The position numbers and the translations under genes were made by a program. The notes beneath the pieces are model-generated. The model was not told the origin of the DNA. It did not search any database and worked only from the letters and a program-made list of their open reading frames with translations. DNA of 64,000 nt from a virus, in the IMG/VR virus record IMGVR_UViG_3300045988_116799, positions 1 through 64,000 of that record, one strand, 5' to 3'. Below, one piece after another: positions 26,501 to 36,815 of the stretch (position 1 is its first letter; the number at the start of each line of letters is the position of its first letter).

Positions 26501-29109
26501 TTATACGCCACAATACGAGGAGTGCCAGGCCCCGTCGTCTCCAGTATCATCACGCCCTGGCGGTCACGCTCGTTAGGATTCTGATTGCCGTCAAGCACAA
26601 TTGTGTCGCCAGCCATCGGCACGTCGCTGCCCAGCTCGCAGTTGTCCTTGGCTATCTCTATCCACCCGAACTTCTTGCCGTCATACAGCACATTGCCTTC
26701 CTCGTCAGTCAGCGCCACATTCTCATCGCTCACAGCCGTCACCAGTCGCCACCACGAGCGCGTCGGCTTCTGCTTGTTGGCAAGCCCGAACGTCTGGCAG
26801 CGGGCCTGGTCGCCCACACGCCACAAGTTCTGCGTAGCCGTAGTGCCGTCGTCGGCCAGCAGCCAGCAGCGCCAGCCTTTCAGCACGCCAGCCTCTATCA
26901 GCTCCTCAGTCTTGAATATCTTGCCGCCCGAACCGCTCAGGTACACATTGCCACCGGCATACGACAGCTTCCTCACCTCTAACTCTTGGAAAATAGCCTT
27001 GCCCCACACCTGTAGTTCGTGAATGTCAAGCCTATACTTGCCGTCGCCACGGTCTACGATGCCAAACCCCTGCTGTGTCGCCCCGTTATAGCCCAGTGAC
27101 ACGATACGTCGCAGCACAGCGTTGCCCAACACTGCATTACCCTCCGCATCGACACCCTTTTCACCGTCACCTATCTTAAGACCCTTCATAAAGCGTATCT
27201 GTCCCTGAGCAATATCGTCATATTGCTTCGACAGAAAGTACTTGCTGCCATATTTAGAGACGATACTATTAAATTGTGAACCAGAATAGCTACTGCCGTT
27301 ACCATTTGAACTATTAGCAATGATTGTCTGCACATCATCTTTTAATTGTGTGACAGTTCCCTTGTTCGCCTGATTGCCGACTGTGATTTCTTGAATAAAA
27401 TCATAATCCAGATTGGTCGTTACCTTTAAAATTCGAGTGTCAAGTGTATAACCTTGACCATCGCTATATTTTACCTTTTGTCCAATTTGTAATCTCGGAT
27501 TATTTGCTTCAAACACCTGCGGATATACAGAAAATTCGTAGTTGTTTAAATCTGAATTTAACCGTTCAATTTCTTTTATCGCTTTGTTCAACAATTTTTC
27601 TTGTGCGTCTTTCTGATATTGTTCAGACATCGCGATATTGTACAGGACAGTAATATTACAGCTTAAATTTGGCAAAGATTCGCCACGAGGTATCAACCTT
27701 TCATTTTCATTTGTCGGTATTATAAGATTATTCTCTTCTTGATAAATTATCTCATAGTCACCGCTCAAAATATTAAAATTGGCTGAATCTACATCATCAG
27801 AATCATGCGCTGAATAATTGTCCTTGTGATATTTCAGCTCAAAACCAACATGCTCTCCATTTGTTCCACGACCTGCCAACGGGGTAGACAATGCATTAAT
27901 GTTCGTATTCGCTTCGAATGAGCATGACAATGTTTTGCCGTTAACAATTAAATTGTCGGTTATTTCAAAGTCATACCAATAATGTGTTACCCCATCGTCT
28001 ACAGTTTTATTCACAAGTTTTTTGGTCTTGTCTTCTGTATTTGTGCAGTACGCAAGGCGCATATACCACACCGTGAAGGTTTTATACGTTGCAACACTGC
28101 CGTCAGCATTATATGTAAGTGGTATTTTCTTTTTCGTAGTATCATCAAGAACATATTTTTGTCTTCCTCTAACTTTGTAAACATAAGTGTTTAGCGAAGG
28201 GAAAACGTCAGAGAAATTCAGTACTTTTGTCAGCAAAGGTTCTTTGGTCTTGTCTTTGCGCAAGTCTATCGTAGAGAAATCGTCTACAGTGTATTCAACT
28301 TCTTTACCGTTAATGCTGACAATCCCTTTTCCGCTTGCTAATTGCAATCGTATATCACTTGAAGAAACGTTCTCTCCTAAACTGTTTGTCTGTGTAATAT
28401 TACGTGTACCACCAAACACGGTGTATGCATTATAGTAATTCTCTTTGCTTTCTGTGACAGATGGAGTTCCTATATTTCTTCCTACTTCTAACGGCACAGC
28501 AACTTCATCCAAGACAACTTTGCCAAGATAAATGTCTTCGTTGTCGTAATCTATATGCCATTCACACGTATCTCCTTCCGCATTTGCTATAGAAGACAAA
28601 GCAGACAATACGTCATTATCAGAAAACGATACGGATAAAGAATTTTTTAATTCACCAGACAAAACTGACTTCCATCCGCATTTGCCAAACTGAATATCAT
28701 TGTTTAGGAAATCGCATATTTTACCCATTATAACATCAGGCGTACCAACGAAAGTCCAGTTAGTCTGTTTTATGGTCTCGTTTTGCGAGTTTTTTGTTTT
28801 TATATAGAAAGGTATTTTGCCTAACAACATTTTCGGATGCTGAAACTCCGGCGTATACTTCCACGACATTTCGTCAGTTTGCACTGGCTCGTAAGGTTCA
28901 AGCAGAGAAAAACGCTGTGTCACCTTGCGTGTCTGGTCTATATAATACGTGTGTACAATGTAAGCTCCGACGGGTAAAATGATTTTACAAGCAGCACTAA
29001 AAGACAACGAGATAAAGTCGGACTTTGAAAGCTCTTCTTCTCGTTGTGCTTCTTTTGTGATAGGCGCTTGCATTATTATCTCGCCGTCAAGATTGTATAT
29101 GTTTATCAT
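23506..29109 (-). CDS. giant tail tip / host-specificity protein with a collagen-like segment
   Basis: 1867 aa, downstream of the tape measure gene; an 11-triplet Gly-X-Y run is encoded at 26122..26223. Confidence 0.8.
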   Translation of the reverse strand: MINIYNLDGEIIMQAPITKEAQREEELSKSDFISLSFSAACKIILPVGAYIVHTYYIDQTRKVTQRFSLLEPYEPVQTDEMSWKYTPEFQHPKMLLGKIPFYIKTKNSQNETIKQTNWTFVGTPDVIMGKICDFLNNDIQFGKCGWKSVLSGELKNSLSVSFSDNDVLSALSSIANAEGDTCEWHIDYDNEDIYLGKVVLDEVAVPLEVGRNIGTPSVTESKENYYNAYTVFGGTRNITQTNSLGENVSSSDIRLQLASGKGIVSINGKEVEYTVDDFSTIDLRKDKTKEPLLTKVLNFSDVFPSLNTYVYKVRGRQKYVLDDTTKKKIPLTYNADGSVATYKTFTVWYMRLAYCTNTEDKTKKLVNKTVDDGVTHYWYDFEITDNLIVNGKTLSCSFEANTNINALSTPLAGRGTNGEHVGFELKYHKDNYSAHDSDDVDSANFNILSGDYEIIYQEENNLIIPTNENERLIPRGESLPNLSCNITVLYNIAMSEQYQKDAQEKLLNKAIKEIERLNSDLNNYEFSVYPQVFEANNPRLQIGQKVKYSDGQGYTLDTRILKVTTNLDYDFIQEITVGNQANKGTVTQLKDDVQTIIANSSNGNGSSYSGSQFNSIVSKYGSKYFLSKQYDDIAQGQIRFMKGLKIGDGEKGVDAEGNAVLGNAVLRRIVSLGYNGATQQGFGIVDRGDGKYRLDIHELQVWGKAIFQELEVRKLSYAGGNVYLSGSGGKIFKTEELIEAGVLKGWRCWLLADDGTTATQNLWRVGDQARCQTFGLANKQKPTRSWWRLVTAVSDENVALTDEEGNVLYDGKKFGWIEIAKDNCELGSDVPMAGDTIVLDGNQNPNERDRQGVMILETTGPGTPRIVAYKGVLGYSHEGCEVFYVSPDGCKFVSTSFEWVSPTGDTIHIVNYRGEWQNGVSYSYYDQVSHNNGVWLCTNSEGSTTEPKEGNADWQLVMKAEKGEKGDTGDRGPQGAQGEPGADGQPGAQGKPGKDGESAIVALWNPNPLVLSTERDSDGNVSAVIDSDSVARVKFSRDGEDWGMSHILGYPSAQPRGCDAVVEADNDGFYVRIKDVFQHTVTASDGTTILVPVTTASVTLAARYKAADGTDSYIYTTLKVDIEVSAVWGGIEMNMYGLTSSFSEISNKYNNLPLKTQGELTDYTSTIKQTARDISLKVSETAVGRKNLLVGSALRRQGEGVFLVGDSFISILEQYNGVNSCCCSKKGFTGLKWCYNTYVGGRNIKVEKGKKYHFSVMAKATTPITVALEAVWTKNATSVDSAEGYKGPNGSGFVAQKTVGTQWERIEGVITVQPDAPYEYIQVDILTNLDKDGAFYLSQPMLVEGDEYVGWSLSKEDADYVGGNLLDNTDTLHVGGNLTWRDESYSTLHPKNDSADEKIRQTYNGLPTLNTDIRNATNVNSINMLEWTLGDDVVKKGQDYMLSFMAKGNIGGKFVAYLYKDGNQVVYTEVLDRVDGPNQHQAADGNAQVEFKEDYVWKRYWVHWRVVGGNLPKYVLIRCMQGCDLYVSQPKLEYGATVTEYTTSRSMSSRLLAAGIDINSKQITLTADKTVFRDQSGKETAVFKDGAINANLIKAKQAVIDTLRTESVEAGNLNVTGSSRFGIWAIEHDENLGCDIITANDTTVGNVNISGSMIQYTPAFVRSGNPISGYMRTGAQVTEFGCGDGAGNYTGIWLGKSAYTVARGATNDWGLPTGYAIPGATFGTAQLTAYVYSPFGGETPAVYLYKPQGGIVMETNAAIRGVFVNHVHDTGSDSGMGNSTGLVVAKNESYAITVSLPTQPIAGQQVTVIQKGGGKVYIKSNKKNIRTAGGTDVTQQRLSNSRGQISLFIYDGTDWNCTYITGRMSEY

Positions 29110-29552
29110 ATTTTTTCTCTGTCGTTAGGGTTGTTTTCCGTTAATCGCAATGTAAAGTTACTTTTTTTCAAGCCGTAATCCCCATATTTTGAGCATTGCG
29201 AATAAACAAACTTAAAGACACGTTTTAGACAAGGTACTTTTAGACAAAATTCTCCACTGTAAGCTATTTTGTCAAGAAAAGCTTCGTATTTGTCGAGATA
29301 ATCTTCTTGTGTCGAACCTTCTAAAAAGAAAGATAGACTAACCTCCCGTTTGTCTTTCTTTGCATATTTTGCAGCTGCCAACACTGACACTCCATTTTCT
29401 AAACGACTATCGTTCGAGACGAATGATTTTACAGGAGGAGGAGTAAGCAGAGCTTCCCTCCATCCTCTTGTTAATGTTACACCGTAGGTAGATATGTCGA
29501 TATAAGCATCATTATTTTCGCTTACCAATTTTATAAATGCTTGATTTTTCAT
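29106..29552 (-). CDS. tail protein in the distal-tail position
   Basis: Immediately after the tape measure gene; ATGA overlap with the downstream gene. Confidence 0.45.
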   Translation of the reverse strand: MKNQAFIKLVSENNDAYIDISTYGVTLTRGWREALLTPPPVKSFVSNDSRLENGVSVLAAAKYAKKDKREVSLSFFLEGSTQEDYLDKYEAFLDKIAYSGEFCLKVPCLKRVFKFVYSQCSKYGDYGLKKSNFTLRLTENNPNDREKI

Positions 29553-29553
29553 T

Positions 29554-32500
29554 TTAATAATTTTTCTTCATTAAGTTATACATGTTCGCAATATCCTCAC
29601 GTATCAGTATGATAGGAGCTGTATTTTTTACTATTTGTTGTAACTGCCCAAGACCTTCATATTGAATGTCACGCATTTCGGTCATATTTACAGCCATATT
29701 TTCAGCAAAGCTGCGCATTACACTTATATCTGCACATATCTGCGCTCTTGTCTCATTTCCTTGTTCAACTGCTATTTGCATAGCATAGCCAATTCCAATC
29801 AACGTGCTTGCTTGGTCAGCTGTTATTGCTTCGATAGCTTTGTTTGTAGCTGACTGGGAAGACACTTCTGCGTACCCAGTTATCTTAGCTGCTTCGTCAC
29901 GATATTGCATTCCTTTCTGAACAATGTCGTTATACTTCTTGTTAAGTTGAGATATTTCGTCAGAAGTAAGCCCGTTTTCTGCCATTTTTGCCCATTCATC
30001 ATAGAAACTTTGCAATTCATTGTCAAGCAAATCTCCGATTTTAGCATCCATGACGGCATCAAAAAGGTAACCACTGAAATCATCAGCGAAATCCTTGGCA
30101 CTCTTGCTCATATCTTTCAACGTGTTCTTGAAGTTACTTTTCAAATCATCGAATGACATGTTTGTAAGTCGTCCTGTCATTTGTTCATCAAGTTTCTTTT
30201 GAGCATTTTCGTAGTTCTTGATGTAACTCAATACCATATCTGGTATCTCGCCAGACTTTCCGTTTTTACCTCCTTCCTTACGATATTCGTTCAATATTTT
30301 GTTCAAAGTCTCACCTTGGTCATAATCTCGGATTTTTGCCATTTCTTCAGCGGAAAGGTGTAGGAAGTCCCAACTTGACTTTACTGTTCTACCAAGTAGT
30401 GATGAAACTGTCGACATCGCTGTCTTCCATCCTTTGTTGTCCTCAACTGACTTGTTTAACGAAACTCTCCATCTTCCATGTTTCTCTGCTTCATAGTACA
30501 TCTTGTTCTGCTCGTTAGCTTCGCTCTGTGCTGTTAGCTTTTTAGCATCTTCGTATGCAGCCTGTGCCTTGTATAGAGAACTATTCTGTATCGTATCGTT
30601 AAGATTATCCAAGCATTGGGCAAGGACGTTGTTCTTCTGCGTCAATGCATCAATGCTATTTTGCATTTTCGCTGTGTTGTCACCGCCTATGCCGAGAACA
30701 GAGGTAAATCCTTGTATTGCCGATACTCCCTTTGTAAGAGCACCGACATAATTCCCTGTTGCAAAATCAGCTGCTGCTCCCGAAGCATCGTTGAATGCTG
30801 ATAAACCTTCAGAAGCTTTCTTTGCAACACCGCTCATTCCGAGATTTTCAAACAGTCCTGGTAGCTCGTCGATTCCCTTCTTAGTGATAAATTCCTGCGC
30901 ATTAGTGAACCAATCAGCTACGCTCTGCGCTGATGAGCGTTTCGCTCCGTCCTCTTTGTTCTTAGCTTCTGCTGTAGCTTTTGCTGTCTTTTTTCTCGCT
31001 TCTGCCAACTTCCCTTCGAGTACTGCAAGTTTGGAAAGAAGTGTAGACATTTCATTGTATTCCTTGGTTGACTTATCTATACCGAACTTGTCAAGGTTGG
31101 ATTGTATGTCTGCCGTATCATCACCGATAGCACGTACCCCAAGGTCTGTAGCTTTGTAGTTTGCTGCTCTCAATGCCTCTTCATACTGTTTTTCAATATC
31201 TGCTTCCTTGGATTTTGCAGCGTTGAGTGCTTCTTGTGCTTCCTTAGCTTCATTGATGCGACGTATATGTTCTTGTTGCTTCTCACCAACAAAATCAAAA
31301 AGACCTCCTTGTTTGCTTATCTCAGAGTTGATGTCATTTATTTTTTCCTGTACTTTTGCTATATCCTCAATGTCTGTCAGCTTGCCACTTTTTAGCAACG
31401 TTTGAAGCTGATTGCGCAATGATTCAAGATATTTTTTAGTATGCGAAGATAAGTCGGAAAAAACATTCTCCCAATCTATCTGTTCGAAGATGTTTTCTTT
31501 GTTAATACTACGCAGTTCGTTGTCTCTTTGTTGTTCAAGAGAAGCCTTTTGATAAGCATTTTCTGCTTTTGCAATCTTGTCTGCATACTCTTCTGTTATA
31601 GCAAGTTTCTTATCTTGTATGTCGCCGTATTCTTTCAAGAAGGCATACAATCCCGACTTCTCGCTTTCTATTAAGTCGTTGTTTAGCTTCTCTATCTTTT
31701 TACTTCTATCTTGACTTGCAAGTGTTTTCGACTCTTCAATAGCTTTTGATTGCGCATCCGTTAACGTTGCTCCTTTTCCTGCTTCTTTGTTCTTTTTACG
31801 GAATTCGTCTTCTTGTTTTTCAATTTCAGCAAGACGCTTCTTATAGTCGTTGTCTATTTCTTTTAACTTCTTTTCTGTACCTTCTTGCATAAGTGCAATG
31901 GTCGCGTCGATGTTCTTCTGTTCAAGTTCCAGTAACATCTTATTTAATTCTTCTTGCGCCTTCTTTTGCTTTTCTACTGTCTTGTTTTTTTCTTGCGTTC
32001 CTTCTATACCTCCGAGCTTAACATCAGTATTGATAGTTTTCTGTTGCATCGCATAAGTACTTCTTCGCTGTCTTGATAAGAAATCATCCAAAATATCAGT
32101 ATTGAATTCTGAATATTTATTACCAGACTTTTTCAGTACATTTCTGACAACATTTTCGCCAGCATTGGCGAGTGCTACAGAACTTGCATTTTTATAACGA
32201 CGTTTGGCTGCATTTACACCTGCTTCGTACCATTTCTGTAGTCTGTCTCTTTGCTTCCTGTATAGCTCGAGGTTTTCTTTTTTATTACTTTGATAAGATT
32301 CGTTTGCGCCCATGGCTACGACTGCACTTTCAGGGAAAGCTCCCATTCCAGATGTTGCCGAATCGACATATTTCGCACTTTTTCTTGAGCCTTTATGATT
32401 CTTGTCGTAATTTTTAAGATAATTGAGTTCGTCCGCAGTTCGTGAAGCTCCTCCAATTATCCTATTAAAGAAACGCAAGATGTTTGTCAATACAGGCGTT

Positions 32501-35079
32501 AAGTTGGCATTTAATGATGTCAGAAAACCGTTCCATGCGTTGTTTAACTTCTTAAGGTTTACGTCTGCACGTGTGTTTATGTCAGCTAACAGTTCTTCTT
32601 TGGTTGCTGCGTTACCAATTGTCTTTGTGTATTTTTCTATTGCTTCGGCATTTTTGATAAAATACATAGCCGTAGCTCTATTACGAGCCATGAACTTTTC
32701 TCCGACATTTTCACCTCTATCATATGCTTCTTTAAGGTTTTTAAGTGCCGTAACCATGCCAACCATCGAAGGGTTGTATTCTTTCTGCAATTTTGACATG
32801 CTCATCAAAAGCATAGAAAATTTTGACGCAGCCTTAGAAGCACCACCGAACTGATTGCTTGAGAATCCTATCAGTGACGACATTTCCTTGAAACTTATTC
32901 CATAAAGAGACGCGGTAGAACCAGCGGACTTTATGGCTTCTGCCATTTCTCCGAATGACGATGTTGTATTGCGAGAAGCCGTAGCAATAACGTTAGACAT
33001 TTTCGTAGCTTCATCTGCCGTTAAATGGTATTCGCCAGATATTTCAGCAATGCTTTTTGCCGACTCCGCAGATGTCTTGCCTGTCAAAGCTCCAAATTCA
33101 TTAGCTGCTTTAATCATTCGCGTCAAGGCTTCGGGAGAATCATTCAGACCATCCCACACCTTTACAAACTGAGTAGCTGATTGCGCCATATCCACACAGC
33201 TTTTTGAAGTCGTTGCGGATAATGCGAGAATATTCTGTCGGAGGTCTTTTATCTTGTCGGAATCCATATAGTGGTCAAGCGGTTGTAATGACACACGGAA
33301 AGCTTCTGAAGCCTTAGACATATCATACAATCCTTTGCCTACAGCAGCTATTGCTGCTCCCCAAGCTCCGATTTTTCCAACAAACCCAAACAACGCAGAA
33401 AAATCACCTTTCATCAATCCGGCAAAAGAACTCTTCAATCCCCCGAATATTCCCTTTACTTTCTTTCCTGCTGCTTCGGCTTCTTTTCCTATGTTTTGCG
33501 TTTCTTTCGCACTCTTTTTTGCTTCTTCGGTAACATCTTTGTAAGATGCACCCATTTCGCGCAATTTTTCTTTACCTTGGATTATTTCACGGGTTATTTC
33601 ATCTTGTTTCTGTTTGTTTTCATTTGCCTTGTCACTATTCTTTCCATAAACCTGCGCAATTTCCGAATACTCGTTTTTAAGTATCTTCAATTGGTTTATA
33701 TCTTCTTGTATTACGGTTGCAATGTCGTTCTTTGACATTCCGCTCCACATATCGGTGGATGCTGTTTTTGTTTCTTCTGTAGCAGTGCGCAACTTTTCTA
33801 ACTGTGCCGTAACTTCGGCAATTTGCTGTTGCTTTTCCTTGATTGCGTCACCTTCGGCAAAATAGTCTTTGATTGTTGTAAATGGGTTGTCCCCTTTGCG
33901 CATAGTAGAAATGAAGTCACCGCCCCATCCGTTGGCGTGGTGGGCTTGCATCTGCTCCAGTTGCTCGTTTAGCTTCTTTAATTCGTCTTCTTTAGCTCGT
34001 ATTGCATCAAGTGTTTTGTTTGTGCTTTCGGTTTCTCGCTTTTGCTCGGTTTCTGCTTTTTGCGCTGTTGAAGTATATGCGTCAGAAAGTCGCTGTAAGC
34101 TACTTGCAATTTCGTTTGCTTCAGTTTTAAGTTTGTTGGCACGTTCCAGAAGGGCATCGGCAGCACGTGCGTTCATTTCGTTGTTGTTATCCACGATGTT
34201 GCCATCAACAATTTTAAATGTAGTTGCCGCTTCTCTTGCCTTCTTCTCTTTTTCTAACAAATCCGTTTGCTCGGACATTAATTGGCGATAACGTGCTTCT
34301 GCGCTTTCTTTGGCTTTAATGTATTCCTCTTCACTTGTCTTGCCTTGCAATATCCGTTCCGTAAGTTTGTCAAGTGCTGCCGCTTCTGCGTTTGCCGTTT
34401 CAGTTCGTTGTTGGTTTGCTTCTACCGCTTTCTGGTATGCTTGTGTATTATCTTTTACCGCCTGTGTTTCTGTGCCTATTTTCTCGGCATTAACACCGTG
34501 CGCCACACTTTCTGTGCCTACGGCTGCTGCCGCCCCAGCGTGAACAGTCGCATTTGCGCCAGTTGCTGCCGTTGATATAGAACGACCTGCATTCAAGGTA
34601 TCAATAGCAGCATTGAGAGTACCAACATACTGCTGAGTACTGCCAAATGTACCCAACATTGATAAATATTCGTTGTTAAGTTTCTCTACTAAACTCTGTT
34701 GAGACTTCAATTGTTCATTAATCTCATTCCATTTCTGAGAACCTTCGGTTGTTTCCGATAGTCTTTTTTGGAGCTTATCAATGGTTGCCTCCGCAGTCTG
34801 AGCCTCCGATGCAAGTTTCTTTAATGCTTCGGGCGTATCGGCAAGTGATTTGTTGATTTCTTCGATACCTTGCTTCAAGGTATGCACGGATTGCTTTGTC
34901 TTTTCGCTGTCAGATGCAGAACTTTGTGCAATATCATTCAATGCCTTAGTCATCTTAGAGCTGACTTCATCCGTTTTTACCCCGAGTAAATTAAGGTCAT
35001 TTATCAGCTTATCTAATGACTGCTGTATGTCGGAAATATCCATTTGTCCGCTTATTCCAAGTATCTCGTCTGCTGCCAT
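29554..35079 (-). CDS. tape measure protein
   Basis: 1841 aa, helical, Ala/Lys/Glu/Gln-rich with Gly-rich hydrophobic central segments; preceded by a chaperone pair. Confidence 0.85.
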   Translation of the reverse strand: MAADEILGISGQMDISDIQQSLDKLINDLNLLGVKTDEVSSKMTKALNDIAQSSASDSEKTKQSVHTLKQGIEEINKSLADTPEALKKLASEAQTAEATIDKLQKRLSETTEGSQKWNEINEQLKSQQSLVEKLNNEYLSMLGTFGSTQQYVGTLNAAIDTLNAGRSISTAATGANATVHAGAAAAVGTESVAHGVNAEKIGTETQAVKDNTQAYQKAVEANQQRTETANAEAAALDKLTERILQGKTSEEEYIKAKESAEARYRQLMSEQTDLLEKEKKAREAATTFKIVDGNIVDNNNEMNARAADALLERANKLKTEANEIASSLQRLSDAYTSTAQKAETEQKRETESTNKTLDAIRAKEDELKKLNEQLEQMQAHHANGWGGDFISTMRKGDNPFTTIKDYFAEGDAIKEKQQQIAEVTAQLEKLRTATEETKTASTDMWSGMSKNDIATVIQEDINQLKILKNEYSEIAQVYGKNSDKANENKQKQDEITREIIQGKEKLREMGASYKDVTEEAKKSAKETQNIGKEAEAAGKKVKGIFGGLKSSFAGLMKGDFSALFGFVGKIGAWGAAIAAVGKGLYDMSKASEAFRVSLQPLDHYMDSDKIKDLRQNILALSATTSKSCVDMAQSATQFVKVWDGLNDSPEALTRMIKAANEFGALTGKTSAESAKSIAEISGEYHLTADEATKMSNVIATASRNTTSSFGEMAEAIKSAGSTASLYGISFKEMSSLIGFSSNQFGGASKAASKFSMLLMSMSKLQKEYNPSMVGMVTALKNLKEAYDRGENVGEKFMARNRATAMYFIKNAEAIEKYTKTIGNAATKEELLADINTRADVNLKKLNNAWNGFLTSLNANLTPVLTNILRFFNRIIGGASRTADELNYLKNYDKNHKGSRKSAKYVDSATSGMGAFPESAVVAMGANESYQSNKKENLELYRKQRDRLQKWYEAGVNAAKRRYKNASSVALANAGENVVRNVLKKSGNKYSEFNTDILDDFLSRQRRSTYAMQQKTINTDVKLGGIEGTQEKNKTVEKQKKAQEELNKMLLELEQKNIDATIALMQEGTEKKLKEIDNDYKKRLAEIEKQEDEFRKKNKEAGKGATLTDAQSKAIEESKTLASQDRSKKIEKLNNDLIESEKSGLYAFLKEYGDIQDKKLAITEEYADKIAKAENAYQKASLEQQRDNELRSINKENIFEQIDWENVFSDLSSHTKKYLESLRNQLQTLLKSGKLTDIEDIAKVQEKINDINSEISKQGGLFDFVGEKQQEHIRRINEAKEAQEALNAAKSKEADIEKQYEEALRAANYKATDLGVRAIGDDTADIQSNLDKFGIDKSTKEYNEMSTLLSKLAVLEGKLAEARKKTAKATAEAKNKEDGAKRSSAQSVADWFTNAQEFITKKGIDELPGLFENLGMSGVAKKASEGLSAFNDASGAAADFATGNYVGALTKGVSAIQGFTSVLGIGGDNTAKMQNSIDALTQKNNVLAQCLDNLNDTIQNSSLYKAQAAYEDAKKLTAQSEANEQNKMYYEAEKHGRWRVSLNKSVEDNKGWKTAMSTVSSLLGRTVKSSWDFLHLSAEEMAKIRDYDQGETLNKILNEYRKEGGKNGKSGEIPDMVLSYIKNYENAQKKLDEQMTGRLTNMSFDDLKSNFKNTLKDMSKSAKDFADDFSGYLFDAVMDAKIGDLLDNELQSFYDEWAKMAENGLTSDEISQLNKKYNDIVQKGMQYRDEAAKITGYAEVSSQSATNKAIEAITADQASTLIGIGYAMQIAVEQGNETRAQICADISVMRSFAENMAVNMTEMRDIQYEGLGQLQQIVKNTAPIILIREDIANMYNLMKKNY

Positions 35080-35092
35080 ATTGTATATTATT

Positions 35093-35299
35093 TTAGCCCA
35101 TCATATCCATAAAGAAATCGGATGCGTGTATTGACTTTTTTATAGATTGAGGTTTGTTTTCATTTTGTTTTATGCCATCATGCCCCATATCAATATTCTC
35201 ATTTGAACCAAATGTCGGGATAGAACGATTGAGGAGCATAATGTTAAGGTATGAGCGCTTAAATACGACCTCCTCGTAACTCATACGAAAATACTTCAT
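35093..35299 (-). CDS. tail assembly chaperone, T-like -1 frame segment
   Basis: In the -1 frame relative to 35299..35781; that frame is open from 35395 downstream. Confidence 0.5.
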   Translation of the reverse strand: MKYFRMSYEEVVFKRSYLNIMLLNRSIPTFGSNENIDMGHDGIKQNENKPQSIKKSIHASDFFMDMMG

Positions 35300-35781
35300 T
35301 ACTCCTCCGATTGTTGCCCAGGGGGAGTCGTTAACGGCTCCGTTATCGTCAACACTTGGGTGAGGAAAGTTATAGAGGTTAAGAAAAAATTTGCATTAAA
35401 CGAACGACTTACGAATTTTACAAGTTCGTTGAAGGCGATAATATCCAAGTTCTTTCGGATATAACGTCCCCATAGCCAACGTTTCCATGTCTTTCTGAAT
35501 GCGCATTTTATAAATATTTCATTCATGAGACGTGCATCGTTGCCGTGTTCTGCAAGAGCTTTGAATATATTAATTTTGTCTCCTTCACCCCATGATGGTT
35601 TTTTGATATCATTAGCGTACACGGACATTTCCCATATTTGACCGAACGTCAAGGGCTTAACTTTAAATCTAAACCACCCAACTTTAATCTTGACACTTTC
35701 TTCCAAGATTGTGTCTGCCGTTATTTTCTTGTCTTTTGTTTTCATACCTATAAAATAAAAAAGCGGTGCGGTTTGGGTCAT
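35299..35781 (-). CDS. tail assembly chaperone (G-like)
   Basis: Lies between the major tail and tape measure genes. Confidence 0.6.
   Translation of the reverse strand: MTQTAPLFYFIGMKTKDKKITADTILEESVKIKVGWFRFKVKPLTFGQIWEMSVYANDIKKPSWGEGDKINIFKALAEHGNDARLMNEIFIKCAFRKTWKRWLWGRYIRKNLDIIAFNELVKFVSRSFNANFFLTSITFLTQVLTITEPLTTPPGQQSEE
35383..35389 (-). promoter_or_regulatory. slippery heptamer T_TTT_TTC
   Basis: The zero frame reads AAT TTT TTC; the X_XXY_YYZ register is correct for a -1 shift into the open downstream frame. Confidence 0.5.
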
Positions 35782-35817
35782 GCCCTTACCTCACCGCATA
35801 TCGAAGATTTGTGCTGA

Positions 35818-36387
35818 TTATACTTCCTTATCGATGTCTGCTTTTACATCTTCGAGCAAGGCCCAACGATGTCCGCTTACTTTTTCACCGCTTGCGTTGA
35901 ACACAGCCATCTGGCGGAACTCAATGTTCAGGTTTGGAAGACCTGTCTTACCGATAGAACCGCTGCGAGTAACAGTCAGTTTCATTTTTGAGAACTGGAA
36001 TACCTTAGCTGGTATGTCGTCAAGAACCTTGGTCTTAATCTGTACTGCCTTGTAGATTTGGTTATCAGTCGGGAGTTCTTCATTCCACTTGCTGTCAGTG
36101 GACGACGTATAGCCGAGGATAGCCTTGAAAGTTTCAGCGGACAAGTCGTAGGTCTGTACCGTGAAGCCTTTGGTTGCTGCCGATGATGGAAGCACTGCAT
36201 ACGGGTCTTCTGAGTCTTCTATTTCTACGTCGCTCGTTGACGCTGCGCTATCATTGAATGTCAAAGAGCCAGACACGATAGCCTTGAACTTGAACGGAAA
36301 GTTAGTCGGATAGCCACCATTCGCTACAGGGTCGGCAATGGCAAATTCCTCAATGCCGTAAACACCATTTTTTCCTGTTTTTGCCAT
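35818..36387 (-). CDS. major tail protein
   Basis: Lies directly upstream of the chaperone pair; 189 aa, beta-rich. Confidence 0.6.
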   Translation of the reverse strand: MAKTGKNGVYGIEEFAIADPVANGGYPTNFPFKFKAIVSGSLTFNDSAASTSDVEIEDSEDPYAVLPSSAATKGFTVQTYDLSAETFKAILGYTSSTDSKWNEELPTDNQIYKAVQIKTKVLDDIPAKVFQFSKMKLTVTRSGSIGKTGLPNLNIEFRQMAVFNASGEKVSGHRWALLEDVKADIDKEV

Positions 36388-36391
36388 ATCG

Positions 36392-36796
36392 TTAATTCTT
36401 TAAATTGTTAAATATTACGTGGAATTTCAAATTAATGTAGTAAGTATTGTCGTTGTCGGGTGTCGGTCGTGAATCGGAATAGAATTCAAAATACGCCCCT
36501 TCGAGATATGTGTTATCTTCGAAAAAAGCGAGCAGATTCTTTGCTATTGTAATTAGTCTTCGTGTGTTGGGTTCGTCATTGGCGGTACGTTTAACATGTA
36601 TGTTAACATTTACAACGCCTTCGTTTATTGTATCTTGCTGTACAAAAGGCAGATGGTTTATGACGACATATTCATTCAAGCTTGATTTCTTGGGGATTTC
36701 ATACTTGAAGACCCCTTGCTTATTTATGCCGATTTTTTTACATTCCTTTTTTAAAAGCTTATACATTGCACTTACAGCGTCATCCCCTAATGTCAT
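36392..36796 (-). CDS. head-tail joining or tail completion protein
   Basis: Position in the morphogenesis operon only. Confidence 0.5.
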   Translation of the reverse strand: MTLGDDAVSAMYKLLKKECKKIGINKQGVFKYEIPKKSSLNEYVVINHLPFVQQDTINEGVVNVNIHVKRTANDEPNTRRLITIAKNLLAFFEDNTYLEGAYFEFYSDSRPTPDNDNTYYINLKFHVIFNNLKN

Positions 36797-36815
36797 ACCT
36801 TACGTTTTTTTATTG

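Noticed and set aside
20000-35079. Long + strand ORFs inside the fibre, tail tip and tape measure genes (e.g. 21323..22225, 26143..26982, 32423..32854)
   Set aside because: They have low-complexity Ser/Leu/Arg/Cys-rich translations and lie antisense to very long, well-supported - strand genes. They are shadow ORFs.
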